64,000 nt of DNA from a virus. Its lineage: Duplodnaviria > Caudoviricetes. Of the stretch, positions 29,501 through 38,775 are shown piece by piece. The stretch covers positions 198,695 to 262,694 of IMG/VR virus record IMGVR_UViG_3300033463_000004; one strand, written 5' to 3'. Every line of letters begins with the position of its first letter. Within the stretch, counting starts at the first letter, position 1. Under the pieces are notes generated by a model. The model did no database searches. It saw only the letters and a list, made by a program, of their open reading frames with translations, and was not told the DNA's origin. The translations under genes were made by a program, and so were the position numbers.

Positions 29501-31138
29501 GTTTACACCATTTCTGAAATCTTGGAAAGCTCCTTCCTGAATGTCGCATGGCACAGTTCCATAGTATTTACCACACGATTCGCATGTGTAAATTGGTTCC
29601 CCTTTCAATGTGATAGAAATCTTTCCACCACATTTACATTTTTCCGGAACCGGTTTACCTTCGTCATTCACACGTTTTGCATATTCATCCATAAATGATT
29701 CTTGAACTGGTTTTGTTTTATCCAAACGCATGATCAATCCACCATGATCGTTTTCTTGGGTGACAACAAAACCTAATGATTCATATAGTTTCTTTGCACG
29801 GGTATTTGACTTCATGACTTGGAGCAGAATCTTGTCATGTTCAGCAATATCATGTTTAATAATAGCTGATCCAATTCCAAGTGTTCTATATTCAGGTTTG
29901 ATATAAATGTGAGCCAGATACCACCAGTCTTTTTTACCTTCACGAAGACCATAGTAATCAGTCGGATATGCTTGATATACACCGATATCAGAATCTTCAG
30001 CAACGATGATTTGAGTATGACCTAAACTCTCCTTTGCATCTTCTCTGATGTATTTCTGGACTTTAGGATCATTTTTGTTTTCACCGACAGTTTCCAACTC
30101 AGAGAAATACACGAATTCCAAATCAGCTTCTGTTGCAGGACGCATTGTCCACTTATCGGACATATCACCCAACATGCCATGCTCTTTCATATATGGAACA
30201 TCCAATTCAGGATTCCATGGAAGAACTTTTGAAGGATCATTCATTTCAGAAAACAATTTATTGTTGAATTCTTTCGTATCCAACCGAACAATGTATGAAT
30301 TTGCAAAATTAATGTCACGGAAATAGGAATGTGTCGAATCCATTAAATCAATTTCTTTTAACAAACCAGCTTGTGCATCCATGATATATGCAACATCACC
30401 GATATTGACAACAAGAAATTCATGCCCACCTGTAGAATCTTTCCAGTTTACATGAACATACCATCTTGAATCAACTGCACCGCGTACAGTTTCAATGATA
30501 TTTCGTTGCGATACAAATTTTTGTTTTACTGGATTCATGACAATTGTTTCACCAACAATTTTCAATGCAGGATCACGTGGTGAATAAATCGGGCGTGGTA
30601 ATACATTCATACCGCGTGCTTGAGCTTCTGCACACCATGTACACAATTGACAATTCTGATTTCCTGTAGGTGGTTTGGAATCAGCTTCAACCTTTTTATG
30701 AATCTGCTCAACGATGAATTTTGCTTTTTCGAATGTCAATGAATCTTTTGGTGTCATTGTATGCAATCGAGAAAACAGTTCATCTGGATGTATCGTAATG
30801 ACACCTTGATCAGTTGATGTCTCATCATAATATGGTGCCATTAACCGAGGTGGTGCATTACCAAGACTTGTACCATCGGACATGGGTGGTACTTGCTCTT
30901 GCTGTGCAGCAACTTGTTTTACAGCAGTCATTCCGTCAGTACTCATACCTTCCTCTTTTGCACGGCGAAGAATCTTCTTTGCAAGTGCTTCCCGTTCATC
31001 ATTTGTAATATGTCCATGATTAATCAAATGCGCTGCCGATTTAATATGCTTTTGACTATCCAATGGATATTTATCTTTACCAGGAACACCCATTTGAGAA
31101 TCGGGTATTTCCCGACGTTCTTTCGCAGAGATTGACAT
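26552..31138 (-). CDS. large multidomain virion (internal head) protein/polyprotein
   Basis: papain-like (NC...H...DAQ), GNAT, Zn ribbon, ART-like, transglutaminase-like and ferritin-like motifs; start at ATG after GAAAGGAG. Confidence 0.75.
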   Translation of the reverse strand: MSISAKERREIPDSQMGVPGKDKYPLDSQKHIKSAAHLINHGHITNDEREALAKKILRRAKEEGMSTDGMTAVKQVAAQQEQVPPMSDGTSLGNAPPRLMAPYYDETSTDQGVITIHPDELFSRLHTMTPKDSLTFEKAKFIVEQIHKKVEADSKPPTGNQNCQLCTWCAEAQARGMNVLPRPIYSPRDPALKIVGETIVMNPVKQKFVSQRNIIETVRGAVDSRWYVHVNWKDSTGGHEFLVVNIGDVAYIMDAQAGLLKEIDLMDSTHSYFRDINFANSYIVRLDTKEFNNKLFSEMNDPSKVLPWNPELDVPYMKEHGMLGDMSDKWTMRPATEADLEFVYFSELETVGENKNDPKVQKYIREDAKESLGHTQIIVAEDSDIGVYQAYPTDYYGLREGKKDWWYLAHIYIKPEYRTLGIGSAIIKHDIAEHDKILLQVMKSNTRAKKLYESLGFVVTQENDHGGLIMRLDKTKPVQESFMDEYAKRVNDEGKPVPEKCKCGGKISITLKGEPIYTCESCGKYYGTVPCDIQEGAFQDFRNGVNPYSDDLVFHVSMDKHIDGQVWQPRVPDYLDPYNPEDTGFEDNTTPRICFSTSIEGALNGITVNLQRQSPDTFDKMYVYIPEKPWKEYKHKTNKQLVKDKLVYDANVTREVWIMEPVRMKLYGVIRVDQIADAKRKAVVPTSKGQKDTRNYFTYKWHWVVKPKVLKKATKFDYSPERVIDDLCIDVKKFKYGLIKDGRLMTGNVSDADYDKYWVFHSGETVDQAGGGNCYDMVEYEAGYLDAFGVAYKKYFMNFTDTKNTKTLNTHTICVVPLDGKFVYIEQAFKRVVDEWGYERKKVFDKLTDIFEYVAEVSAEYDNQDLNYGVWDYTNAEIDYGTPIKNFQDWIMTKCKMIYDGEAKKSNLTKEGYRMDRFGNVFTEAKKEEMLSDDMEDITIGDLNLEEDDEDTDNKSSEKDETISIEDETIDDIEDDGFVEDENGYEDDKEDINVFPSGHFDRFKKDDLSENMEEIPEYLKDRMSDEDIEAYEQPDEKLDADNVDLGSFGKDTSDIQNDFDPKEVTILMKLMASEADAMNEYMDGAKETNVDVLRRLYADIANEERFHMEQLLFAKCELTGEKYEPKDPEVKSEYEELLKMGMDEETAMQTAVDKCHIRGSISIEDDGEEIADIQQDIETMESTIMMFSALYDSTQMILESGNASVSDVDHALDVFVESCLIQEAVYDAQAADSEKHPLSKSNKYGPIKLLSTAIRFIIRTLMTMLRKFVEFCKRLSNHTREIRRFIKQNGLPAIFDEKASFYFINLNFPQYSYIDSHLDSLLGLAIDTVQACAQQLGMQFNMPSRDMFPRDPKLNIKNNMVRGGELLTGVQLVKTPFIIPKGEEQQQRIASALFGFNEFYGDDGKTLNTLNTLRIKCDRWSKFMQYTEQFILETDKLVQVQNSVYHTNRKKYDSAVDVLESVVKTCKAWISAMQHDINQIIKLDQAAMIKATEEREQVSMTQNPQQAARNAAYENRARTPESTPSRFS

Positions 31139-31179
31139 AATGTCACTCCTTTCAGAATTAAAGTTACAGAAACGTTTTA

Positions 31180-31207
31180 ACATGTGGGGCTTATAGCCCC
31201 ACATTGT
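31180..31207. terminator. hairpin/terminator
   Basis: ATGTGGGGCT-TAT-AGCCCCACAT. Confidence 0.6.
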
Positions 31208-31233
31208 TTATATAATGATATATATACTAAAAA

Positions 31234-31250
31234 TTCATATATATATTATT
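31234..31250 (+). promoter_or_regulatory. putative phage promoter motif
   Basis: TTCATATATATATTATT. Confidence 0.55.
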
Positions 31251-31394
31251 TAATGGATAAAGGAGACTTATTCGAATTCATGTCACCAAAAGAAGATGAA
31301 CATTATGAATAGATTCATTTGTTCATTATGAACAAAAGTCAATATATATAAAAATATAAGGGAAATACATTCCCTAGAAAGTGAGGAATTAAAA

Positions 31395-32336
31395 ATGAAT
31401 GATGAAAATGAATTGGATGTCATTTTAGAACAAGATCAAATCGACAAAATTTTCAAAGAAGTTGGGTTTGAACCCGTTAAAATACCCGAATTTGATCCAG
31501 ATGATATTGTTTTAATAAATGAAAAGACATTAAAACATTACCCACGTTCAATTGTAGCAAGTATGCTGTCTAGAAAGGCAAATGCATATTTAAATGAAAT
31601 TATAAAAGAACGCAAGGCGCGGAGAAGATATTCGGGTTTAGGTAAACCAAAACCAGTTGACTGGTTACGAAAGGAAGAATATCATAAAATGAGTAAAAAG
31701 AAAAATAAAAAACCATTTAAAGAAAAATTGGTCATTACACCGGTCGTTGAAAAGACTCAAGAAGACCAGAAAACACCAGAATTTGATAATGCCATAGATA
31801 TGAATGACAATTATATTTATGCAATATATCCGATTGATCAAGATAAAGGATATATCTCCGATAATCTGATCGCAATCATGACAAAAAAAGAAACAATGGA
31901 TACACAGAATATCTGGATTTTATTTAATGGAAAAAGATATTTAGGTACAATATTGTATTCAAAATTATTTACAAAACATAATGAATTTGAACAATATAAT
32001 CCATGTGTTCGTCATGAATTCAGATGGATATATACTCAGCTATTTGAAGATATCTTAGAAAAATTTCAGGAAGCAAATCTTCAAAACATTGCTTCCTGGA
32101 TTCGTGACATTAAACAAGAAATATTTGAAGAAACGGGATTTAATAATCCTGATAATATTATTACATATGCACACAAAGAACGGTTCTATTCATGTGATAC
32201 ATGTTTTTCGAATGATTCTAAACAATTACATGCACGGGGATGTCTCTCCAAGAAATTTTGTGAGGTATATGTTTATAAAATTGCTGGATCAACAGAGGAT
32301 ATATTTATTCACGATTATAAGATGCCAAAAATTTAA
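31395..32336 (+). CDS. hypothetical protein
   Basis: 313-aa ORF, GAAAGTGAGG RBS. Confidence 0.7.
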   Translation: MNDENELDVILEQDQIDKIFKEVGFEPVKIPEFDPDDIVLINEKTLKHYPRSIVASMLSRKANAYLNEIIKERKARRRYSGLGKPKPVDWLRKEEYHKMSKKKNKKPFKEKLVITPVVEKTQEDQKTPEFDNAIDMNDNYIYAIYPIDQDKGYISDNLIAIMTKKETMDTQNIWILFNGKRYLGTILYSKLFTKHNEFEQYNPCVRHEFRWIYTQLFEDILEKFQEANLQNIASWIRDIKQEIFEETGFNNPDNIITYAHKERFYSCDTCFSNDSKQLHARGCLSKKFCEVYVYKIAGSTEDIFIHDYKMPKI

Positions 32337-32340
32337 AAGT

Positions 32341-32370
32341 AAAGAGGGACCCGAAGGTCCCTCTTTTTTT
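32341..32370. terminator. bidirectional terminator between convergent genes
   Basis: AAAGAGGGACC-CGAA-GGTCCCTCTTTTTTT. Confidence 0.85.
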
Positions 32371-32378
32371 ATTAAAAA

Positions 32379-33605
32379 TTAAATAATTTGTTTACCAGCT
32401 TTAGCCACTGATGTATCGCCATTAATATAGCCATACAAGTCAGAATTACTTAACCCATGATATTCTGCACGAGATCTTGTTCTTTTCCCGTAATCAGACA
32501 ATGTTATACCTGCTTCACGAGCTTGTTCTTCAATAGATTTATGCATTTGATCAAGACCTGTGTAACATTTTTGTATTATTTCGGTATATAGTTTAGATAC
32601 AGTTTGTACAATTTGTTGGCATTTATTTGCATATTTACTTAAAGAAGCTTTGTCCGTTTTTCCTGTCAAATTTACTGAATCAAATTCTGTTTTTAATGTT
32701 TTCGTATTAGAAATCGTATTTGTTATATTTTGTATTTGTCTTTGTGCAGTTTGTAGAATTTGTTCAACATATGCCATCCAATCCAATGCAACTTTATACT
32801 GGTTCATCATAGTTGTTAATGAGATAGCTGTCGTTCTTTTTTCATTGGATGTAATTGCATTTTTTAGTATAGTTTCATTTTTCGATAAAATTTTTTCTGA
32901 TTCAGAAATACTATTATTGATTTCATCGAATAAAGATTTTCCATGTCTTTTGTTTCTACGAATACCTATTGAAACTTCATCTTTTTCGAGTTCATTATCA
33001 TCCGATGTATCTGATAATGCAATTACGATTGATTCAAGAGCGTGTTGTAAAGGAAGAAATACAGCAGCAAAATCTACAGATTCTTTTTTAAGTATTGAAA
33101 CCAAATCGATTATGCTATTTTCAATGGTAATTTCAGTGTCTCCATCTGAGTATAAACCAGTGAAATCATATGATTCAGTAACTTCAACTTTACCGTATGA
33201 TTTATGTTTACCACCTTTTGGTACGGTATTGTCTCCATTTAATCTACGTTTTGTCATTTCTTTTATGAATTCTTTATTCAATTTTTCAACACGTATCATT
33301 CGTGTTTTGACGCTCTTTCTATTTGTTTTTATATTACGAATCAAAGCTGCGATCAATCTTGGAATGAATTTCAGAATTCTGATGATAATGTTTTCTGATT
33401 TATCACCTTTTGCTTCATTTATAGCATTACCGAGCACACCTTCTTGAAAAACTTCAAAAGATGATATATCAACGTCATTAGAACAGTTTTCAAGAATCAT
33501 GCATGATTTGGAATATGTTTCCAATAAAGCATTACACACTGACATTTCTGCAAATGTTGAAGTTGCTTCAATATCATCGATTAAATCGAGCAATTCATTT
33601 TGCAT
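32379..33605 (-). CDS. putative virion head protein
   Basis: MILE..VFQEG N-terminal motif and IIRILKFI helix like C-terminal domain of 26552-31138. Confidence 0.6.
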   Translation of the reverse strand: MQNELLDLIDDIEATSTFAEMSVCNALLETYSKSCMILENCSNDVDISSFEVFQEGVLGNAINEAKGDKSENIIIRILKFIPRLIAALIRNIKTNRKSVKTRMIRVEKLNKEFIKEMTKRRLNGDNTVPKGGKHKSYGKVEVTESYDFTGLYSDGDTEITIENSIIDLVSILKKESVDFAAVFLPLQHALESIVIALSDTSDDNELEKDEVSIGIRRNKRHGKSLFDEINNSISESEKILSKNETILKNAITSNEKRTTAISLTTMMNQYKVALDWMAYVEQILQTAQRQIQNITNTISNTKTLKTEFDSVNLTGKTDKASLSKYANKCQQIVQTVSKLYTEIIQKCYTGLDQMHKSIEEQAREAGITLSDYGKRTRSRAEYHGLSNSDLYGYINGDTSVAKAGKQII

Positions 33606-33637
33606 AATATTACAACTCCTTTCATATAGATAACAAA

Positions 33638-33672
33638 AATGCGTGAGGGGCCGTTTGGCCCCTCACGCATTT
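33638..33672. terminator. terminator hairpin
   Basis: AATGCGTGAGGGGCC-GTTT-GGCCCCTCACGCATT. Confidence 0.8.
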
Positions 33673-33702
33673 CTTTCACAATGAGGTCATTGATTCATGT
33701 GA

Positions 33703-33963
33703 TTACGACGGATCCATGAAACGACCAGGCTTCGGAGAAGTTGCCGGCTCCGGCTGCTTGTATCCGATAGCGAGATCAGAGTCTTCGATATTGATATCGA
33801 ACTGACCACTCTGCAGTCCGTTGTTACCGGTCACGATGTTGGCAGGATCAAAGCCATTGAACTTTGCCTGGAAGAGATCAGAATAACGAGACTGAGAAGC
33901 ATTGTAACTCTCCTGGACAACAGGTTCAGTGTCCATCGGATTGAATTCAAAATCTTGCATCAT
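33703..33963 (-). CDS. small putative virion protein
   Basis: VVQES motif, AAGGAG RBS. Confidence 0.65.
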   Translation of the reverse strand: MMQDFEFNPMDTEPVVQESYNASQSRYSDLFQAKFNGFDPANIVTGNNGLQSGQFDINIEDSDLAIGYKQPEPATSPKPGRFMDPS

Positions 33964-33978
33964 GATGCGATACTCCTT

Positions 33979-35349
33979 TCAAGGTTTTTGATCTTTACCA
34001 TACATATCAATCAACAACTGGTTGATGTATAATTGATTGATGGTAATTAATAATCGGTAAGTATTAGCATAATTAACATTCTGAATGACTAATACGCGAC
34101 GTTTCCAATCAACGTAATAGCCATCCAGAATCAATGATCGATTTTCTCTCAAATGCACATTAATGAATAATTCAGGATTCAGATGATTCTTCAAGTGATA
34201 ATCAATCATTTCATTAATTGTTTGACCAAATCCATTACCGATGAATACCTCTTGTTCACCCCAGTCTAATTTCACAATTGGACGGGAATGAATTTTCCAA
34301 CCGTACAACAATGGGAAGTCTTTCTCATTGAATACATCTGAGAAGATTGGAATAGAGATAGCAGATTGCATAGGCATGTATTCCCGGAATGGTCCAGGAT
34401 TTGGTACAGATAAATCAAACATTCCAATCGTGTTGAATTCACAACGAATTGTGAATGTAATTGGGCAATCAGATTCAGTCTGACCAGTTTTGTTGACCTG
34501 ATTATATGTCAAGTCATTGATATTACACAACAACGAAGTCATGTAATATGCATAGAACGCATCCTTATGTCGACCAGATGAGAATCTGTACGAGATTGGA
34601 TACACGCTATTCATATTGAGATAGTCAACAAATTGCGAGATATTACCTTTGTCATCTTTCACAGGTACGTCAGCATACTTAGATGTCTCTTCTAAGAATC
34701 CATCAGGTAATGCCAGTTCCAATGCAGTGTCAACATCGAAAAATCCACCATCAGTCGGTATCTTGTTTATCAAATAAGAAGCCCAACGGATTTGTTCCGT
34801 TATGCTACGGAATGACAATACGAAATCAAAATACATAACAACACGGTTGATCTTTCCTCGCCACTCAATTCCCTTCCGTTTGTCAAAGAATAACTTTTCC
34901 ATTTCGGAGCGATTCTGAAATCGATTGGAAGTAGTAGACCAAAGTGATGTTGCATATGATCCCGCAGCCAACCGATTATCCAAACCAGACAACGAGATCC
35001 GAGGATTGACGATACACATCGGATATGGCTGTGTTCGAATTTGTTTCGGTGTGTGACGGAGTTGGCGGTGTGCTATCTTAGTGGAAGGCAACGCCGTCGC
35101 AAACGTTCTTGACGGGAATAAATCCAAGACAAACTGCAACATGATTGCAGTCACATTACCAATCGTATGTGCCATATCTGTTCCTGACTGACATGCTAAC
35201 GATAATTCGTAACCATGTGGCAGATATTCCGGCGACAAACTATTCAATTGATATGTGTATCCTGGAGTTGATATATTCCGATCAGTGATACCCTCATTGA
35301 CCACATTCTGATTATCGCGATTCGGATGCATGTCATCATAATGATTCAT
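33979..35349 (-). CDS. putative virion structural protein
   Basis: 456-aa ORF in structural cluster. Confidence 0.6.
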   Translation of the reverse strand: MNHYDDMHPNRDNQNVVNEGITDRNISTPGYTYQLNSLSPEYLPHGYELSLACQSGTDMAHTIGNVTAIMLQFVLDLFPSRTFATALPSTKIAHRQLRHTPKQIRTQPYPMCIVNPRISLSGLDNRLAAGSYATSLWSTTSNRFQNRSEMEKLFFDKRKGIEWRGKINRVVMYFDFVLSFRSITEQIRWASYLINKIPTDGGFFDVDTALELALPDGFLEETSKYADVPVKDDKGNISQFVDYLNMNSVYPISYRFSSGRHKDAFYAYYMTSLLCNINDLTYNQVNKTGQTESDCPITFTIRCEFNTIGMFDLSVPNPGPFREYMPMQSAISIPIFSDVFNEKDFPLLYGWKIHSRPIVKLDWGEQEVFIGNGFGQTINEMIDYHLKNHLNPELFINVHLRENRSLILDGYYVDWKRRVLVIQNVNYANTYRLLITINQLYINQLLIDMYGKDQKP

Positions 35350-35765
35350 GATTCATTCCTCGCAATCAGTACTGATAACACAGACGTCAAACGTTCAATG
35401 TTATAGTACTTAATGAATGAGAAGTTGAATCGCTGAATTGCAGGACAACGATTGAGAATCATTAGTGGACGCCACATATTCGTGGTACCATAACGATCAT
35501 ATGCACACAGCTTTGGATTCTGCGCATATTTCACATCAAAAACTTCCGTTGTGTACATATCCGGAAAGGATTCGATCAATCGAAAGAATTCTAATGGTAA
35601 ATATGATATCACAGTATCCCACTGTTTTGCATCAATGTCATCATCAACTCGAAACGATTCTTCTTGTGATAACCGCACGGATTTGGAAATGTTATCCAAC
35701 GTGAATAAATCAGATCTGATGTTTGCGATCAATGAGGGAATATATGTTTTTTCATCAGAGGTCAT
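35346..35765 (-). CDS. baseplate wedge protein, T4 gp53-like
   Basis: NPKLCAYDRYGTTNMWRPLMILN resembles gp53 LysM-like motif. Confidence 0.5.
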   Translation of the reverse strand: MTSDEKTYIPSLIANIRSDLFTLDNISKSVRLSQEESFRVDDDIDAKQWDTVISYLPLEFFRLIESFPDMYTTEVFDVKYAQNPKLCAYDRYGTTNMWRPLMILNRCPAIQRFNFSFIKYYNIERLTSVLSVLIARNES

Positions 35766-35789
35766 TTTTATTCACATCCTCTCATGAAG

Positions 35790-36077
35790 TTATTGCACGC
35801 GGACATACATATTGAAAATATCGTTGTCATCACAGACAAGACTTGCTTGCGTATCTACATCATCATCATTATCAATGAATCTTGATTCTGTTAGAATCCG
35901 AATTGGAACATTGAATGTTTCCGTCATCGTAATTGATCCAGTTTGAAAATTAGCAGATGCAAATACCGGAGATACGACTTCAACAATATCCCCATCATTA
36001 ATATGTCCGCGTGTTCGGATTATGCATGTTGAAGTATGAGGAACTTTGAAAGTCAGTTGCCTATTTTGCAGCAGCAT
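35790..36077 (-). CDS. hypothetical protein
   Basis: 95-aa ORF. Confidence 0.65.
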   Translation of the reverse strand: MLLQNRQLTFKVPHTSTCIIRTRGHINDGDIVEVVSPVFASANFQTGSITMTETFNVPIRILTESRFIDNDDDVDTQASLVCDDNDIFNMYVRVQ

Positions 36078-36105
36078 AGAAAATCAACGTCCCTTCATTT
36101 GAAGA

Positions 36106-37266
36106 TTACTCGGCAGCAGAATCAGTGATTCCCTCGGTTGCACCAGTTGCAACCTTTCCGAGAGCTGCAACAGCATCGGAGAAGTACTTCACGACGAGAT
36201 CTGCGGTCTTGGAGACATTGTCAGCCCAGATCTTTGTGTTAGAGTTGATTGCAGTGAAGGTCTTGGAGATCTTCTTCTGACCACCCTTACGAGACTCGTT
36301 GTACTTAGTCTCTTCTGCTGCACACAGGTTCTGAATGAACTGCTGTGCACCAGCCTTCTTCTGAGCAGATGCAGCCTTAACAACACCATCAGAAACCTGG
36401 CGAACGACATAGACCAGAACAATCATGGTACTAATGTCATCGAAGTCAACTTTGGTTGCAGTCAGCTTATCAGAGATCTCAAGTCTTGCCATGTCAGCAC
36501 CCTTAGAGAGATGCTTGAGCAGTGCCTTTGCATTCGGGCTGCCACCCTTGTTGAAACCTTCGACTCCGTCAACTGCTGTTACATCAGTCTTCAGTCCAAC
36601 CGAAAGACCCAATGCTCTAACGTATGCCTGCCAGAAACCTTTAGCGGTCTTATTGATAGCCAGACACTCAGCAACAGTAGGATCTTCGATAACATCAGAG
36701 ATGTCAAGGCCGAACACTGCAGAAAGATGTGCCATAGCATTTCCATAATTCATTGCAATCTTTTCGCACTGCAATGCATTCGGGAAAACACCTTTATTGA
36801 AACGAATAAAGTTGCCAACACCCTTGCGGTCAGCAGCATTGTCGCGAAGTAATGCGGTAGCAAGCGGCTTTGCAAATGCTGTCATGAAGTTGCCAGAAGT
36901 TGCAGCAGCAGCGGAAATGCCATACTTCTTACCGAGACCGATGATAGCTTTCATATCACGATCTGCAGCAGCCTTAACCTTCTTAGCGTTCTCAATGACG
37001 ACATCATAGAAACCGATCAGCTCCTGAGCAACAGCTTCGGTAGCAAGACCAGCACCTTCAGACGGAGACGTCGGAAGACCAGCTTCCTCAGCTGCATCAG
37101 CAGCTTCCTGGATAAATGCAGAATTTTCAGGGCAATCAGCAAGCTTTGCAGCATACTCGAAGATTGCAGATGCCACATTGACCTTGCCACAAGCCTGCTT
37201 TACCGCAACATCATGCATTGAAGCATCGCCGGTATCAAGATCAAGAAGAATTTCAGAAAACTTCAT
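36106..37266 (-). CDS. putative abundant virion head protein
   Basis: Ala-rich 386 aa, FIQEA motif, biased codon usage. Confidence 0.6.
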   Translation of the reverse strand: MKFSEILLDLDTGDASMHDVAVKQACGKVNVASAIFEYAAKLADCPENSAFIQEAADAAEEAGLPTSPSEGAGLATEAVAQELIGFYDVVIENAKKVKAAADRDMKAIIGLGKKYGISAAAATSGNFMTAFAKPLATALLRDNAADRKGVGNFIRFNKGVFPNALQCEKIAMNYGNAMAHLSAVFGLDISDVIEDPTVAECLAINKTAKGFWQAYVRALGLSVGLKTDVTAVDGVEGFNKGGSPNAKALLKHLSKGADMARLEISDKLTATKVDFDDISTMIVLVYVVRQVSDGVVKAASAQKKAGAQQFIQNLCAAEETKYNESRKGGQKKISKTFTAINSNTKIWADNVSKTADLVVKYFSDAVAALGKVATGATEGITDSAAE

Positions 37267-37361
37267 ATATCATTTTCCTTTCTTAATGATTTATATCTAC
37301 ATTGGAATCCATAGTAAGAGCCCCCTGATACCACAGCTTCCATGTAAATTACAATTTGGTG

Positions 37362-37700
37362 TCATCCAGCAAGATTATCTCGCATTTCAGACTTATAACG
37401 ATCAATCAATTGATTTGCTTGATCTTTATACTTGTTGATCAAATCAACACGGATTTTTCGATGGTTCATTCCAGCACGAACCAAAGCACCATAATCTGGA
37501 TCAGATTCACGTTTTGCCAGCATTAATGCGACAACAGAAACAGCAATGTTATTCGTTGTTTCTTCCGTGAATTGAATGGTGTTTTTTACATCAAGTCCGT
37601 TGCTTTTTGCAAGTTCTTGAAGACGTTGATTTTGATTCAAGTTTGTCATGATTGTACCGACTTTCTGAATCATATCGTCATCTGTTAAAAAATCACTCAT
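37362..37700 (-). CDS. hypothetical protein
   Basis: AAGGAG RBS. Confidence 0.7.
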   Translation of the reverse strand: MSDFLTDDDMIQKVGTIMTNLNQNQRLQELAKSNGLDVKNTIQFTEETTNNIAVSVVALMLAKRESDPDYGALVRAGMNHRKIRVDLINKYKDQANQLIDRYKSEMRDNLAG

Positions 37701-37804
37701 TTAAATCGACTCCTTTCATATAGTATATCCAACAGAAAGCCGGATATTACCATAACGTCCTTATTCTATTAATAGTACCAAAAAAAAAAATAAAAGGGAG
37801 GACA

Positions 37805-38074
37805 TCAGTCCTCCCATGGTACTTTATTCTGATTCGGTTCATTATATACGATTAATTCTCGACTGTTACTGATCACTGCATCATAGTTTCCAGACAATAA
37901 TTGATCTGCGTAATATTGCAATTCTTCCAAAACTTTAACTTGTTCATCTGTACGGATTAAGATGTTATCTTTGTAAGATTTTACCAATGCTGCTAGTTGT
38001 TTTGCATAATATTGAATTTCTTCAATATAAATGACAGGTGGTTTATCCGCATTTTTATTTGATTGAATATTCAA
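37805..38074 (-). CDS. hypothetical protein
   Basis: TTG start after AAGGAG. Confidence 0.6.
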   Translation of the reverse strand: MNIQSNKNADKPPVIYIEEIQYYAKQLAALVKSYKDNILIRTDEQVKVLEELQYYADQLLSGNYDAVISNSRELIVYNEPNQNKVPWED

Positions 38075-38148
38075 TGTATAACTCTCCTTTCTGAAGTGAA
38101 CAAACTTTCTAATATGCCTTTGGTATATTTCAAACTGATTATATATCT

Positions 38149-38688
38149 ATGGAAAGGAAGAAAAATATGTTTGATATAAATGACAAAGAATTGATCATCA
38201 AATTGATCAATGGGAGAAAGAAAGATTCATATATCGCTCCAATGTATGTAAAAAATTATCATGAAACATATCAGTTGAGCGAATTAAAAAACATTGATAA
38301 TTTTAACCCTTCTGCATTTAAAGTTGGTTTTGGGGCACATGTCTCAATACTTGATAAATTTTCCTTCCCAAGTAATATGGTTCATTCATTTGAACCAATC
38401 ATTGCATTTACATCATTTGATGAAGAACAAAACATTGCAGAAAGATTCTTCATTATTGAAACTGGTATAATTGATCTAAACGTTCAAGATGAATCTGGTA
38501 CAATTATTGACAAACAATCTGACGGAAATGTATCATCGGCAACACAGAAGAATCCATACAATCAAAAGGTAATTGATCAAATGGCATACTATCAAAATAT
38601 GATTATGGATTTCTTATCTAAACAACAAGCAGAGATCAGAAAGAAACGTATCGAAGAAGCTATGTCTGAATATTCATCATCAAATTAA
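38149..38688 (+). CDS. hypothetical protein
   Basis: 179-aa ORF. Confidence 0.65.
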   Translation: MERKKNMFDINDKELIIKLINGRKKDSYIAPMYVKNYHETYQLSELKNIDNFNPSAFKVGFGAHVSILDKFSFPSNMVHSFEPIIAFTSFDEEQNIAERFFIIETGIIDLNVQDESGTIIDKQSDGNVSSATQKNPYNQKVIDQMAYYQNMIMDFLSKQQAEIRKKRIEEAMSEYSSSN

Positions 38689-38775
38689 TTTTCTATTTTC
38701 AGTATATATATTCTTTTATTGACGTGAGTCAATAATATTTATAGTATATATAAATAGAAAAGAGAAGGTGATGAA

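Noticed and set aside
32650-33447. 265-aa + strand ORF
   Set aside because: Antisense shadow of 32379-33605
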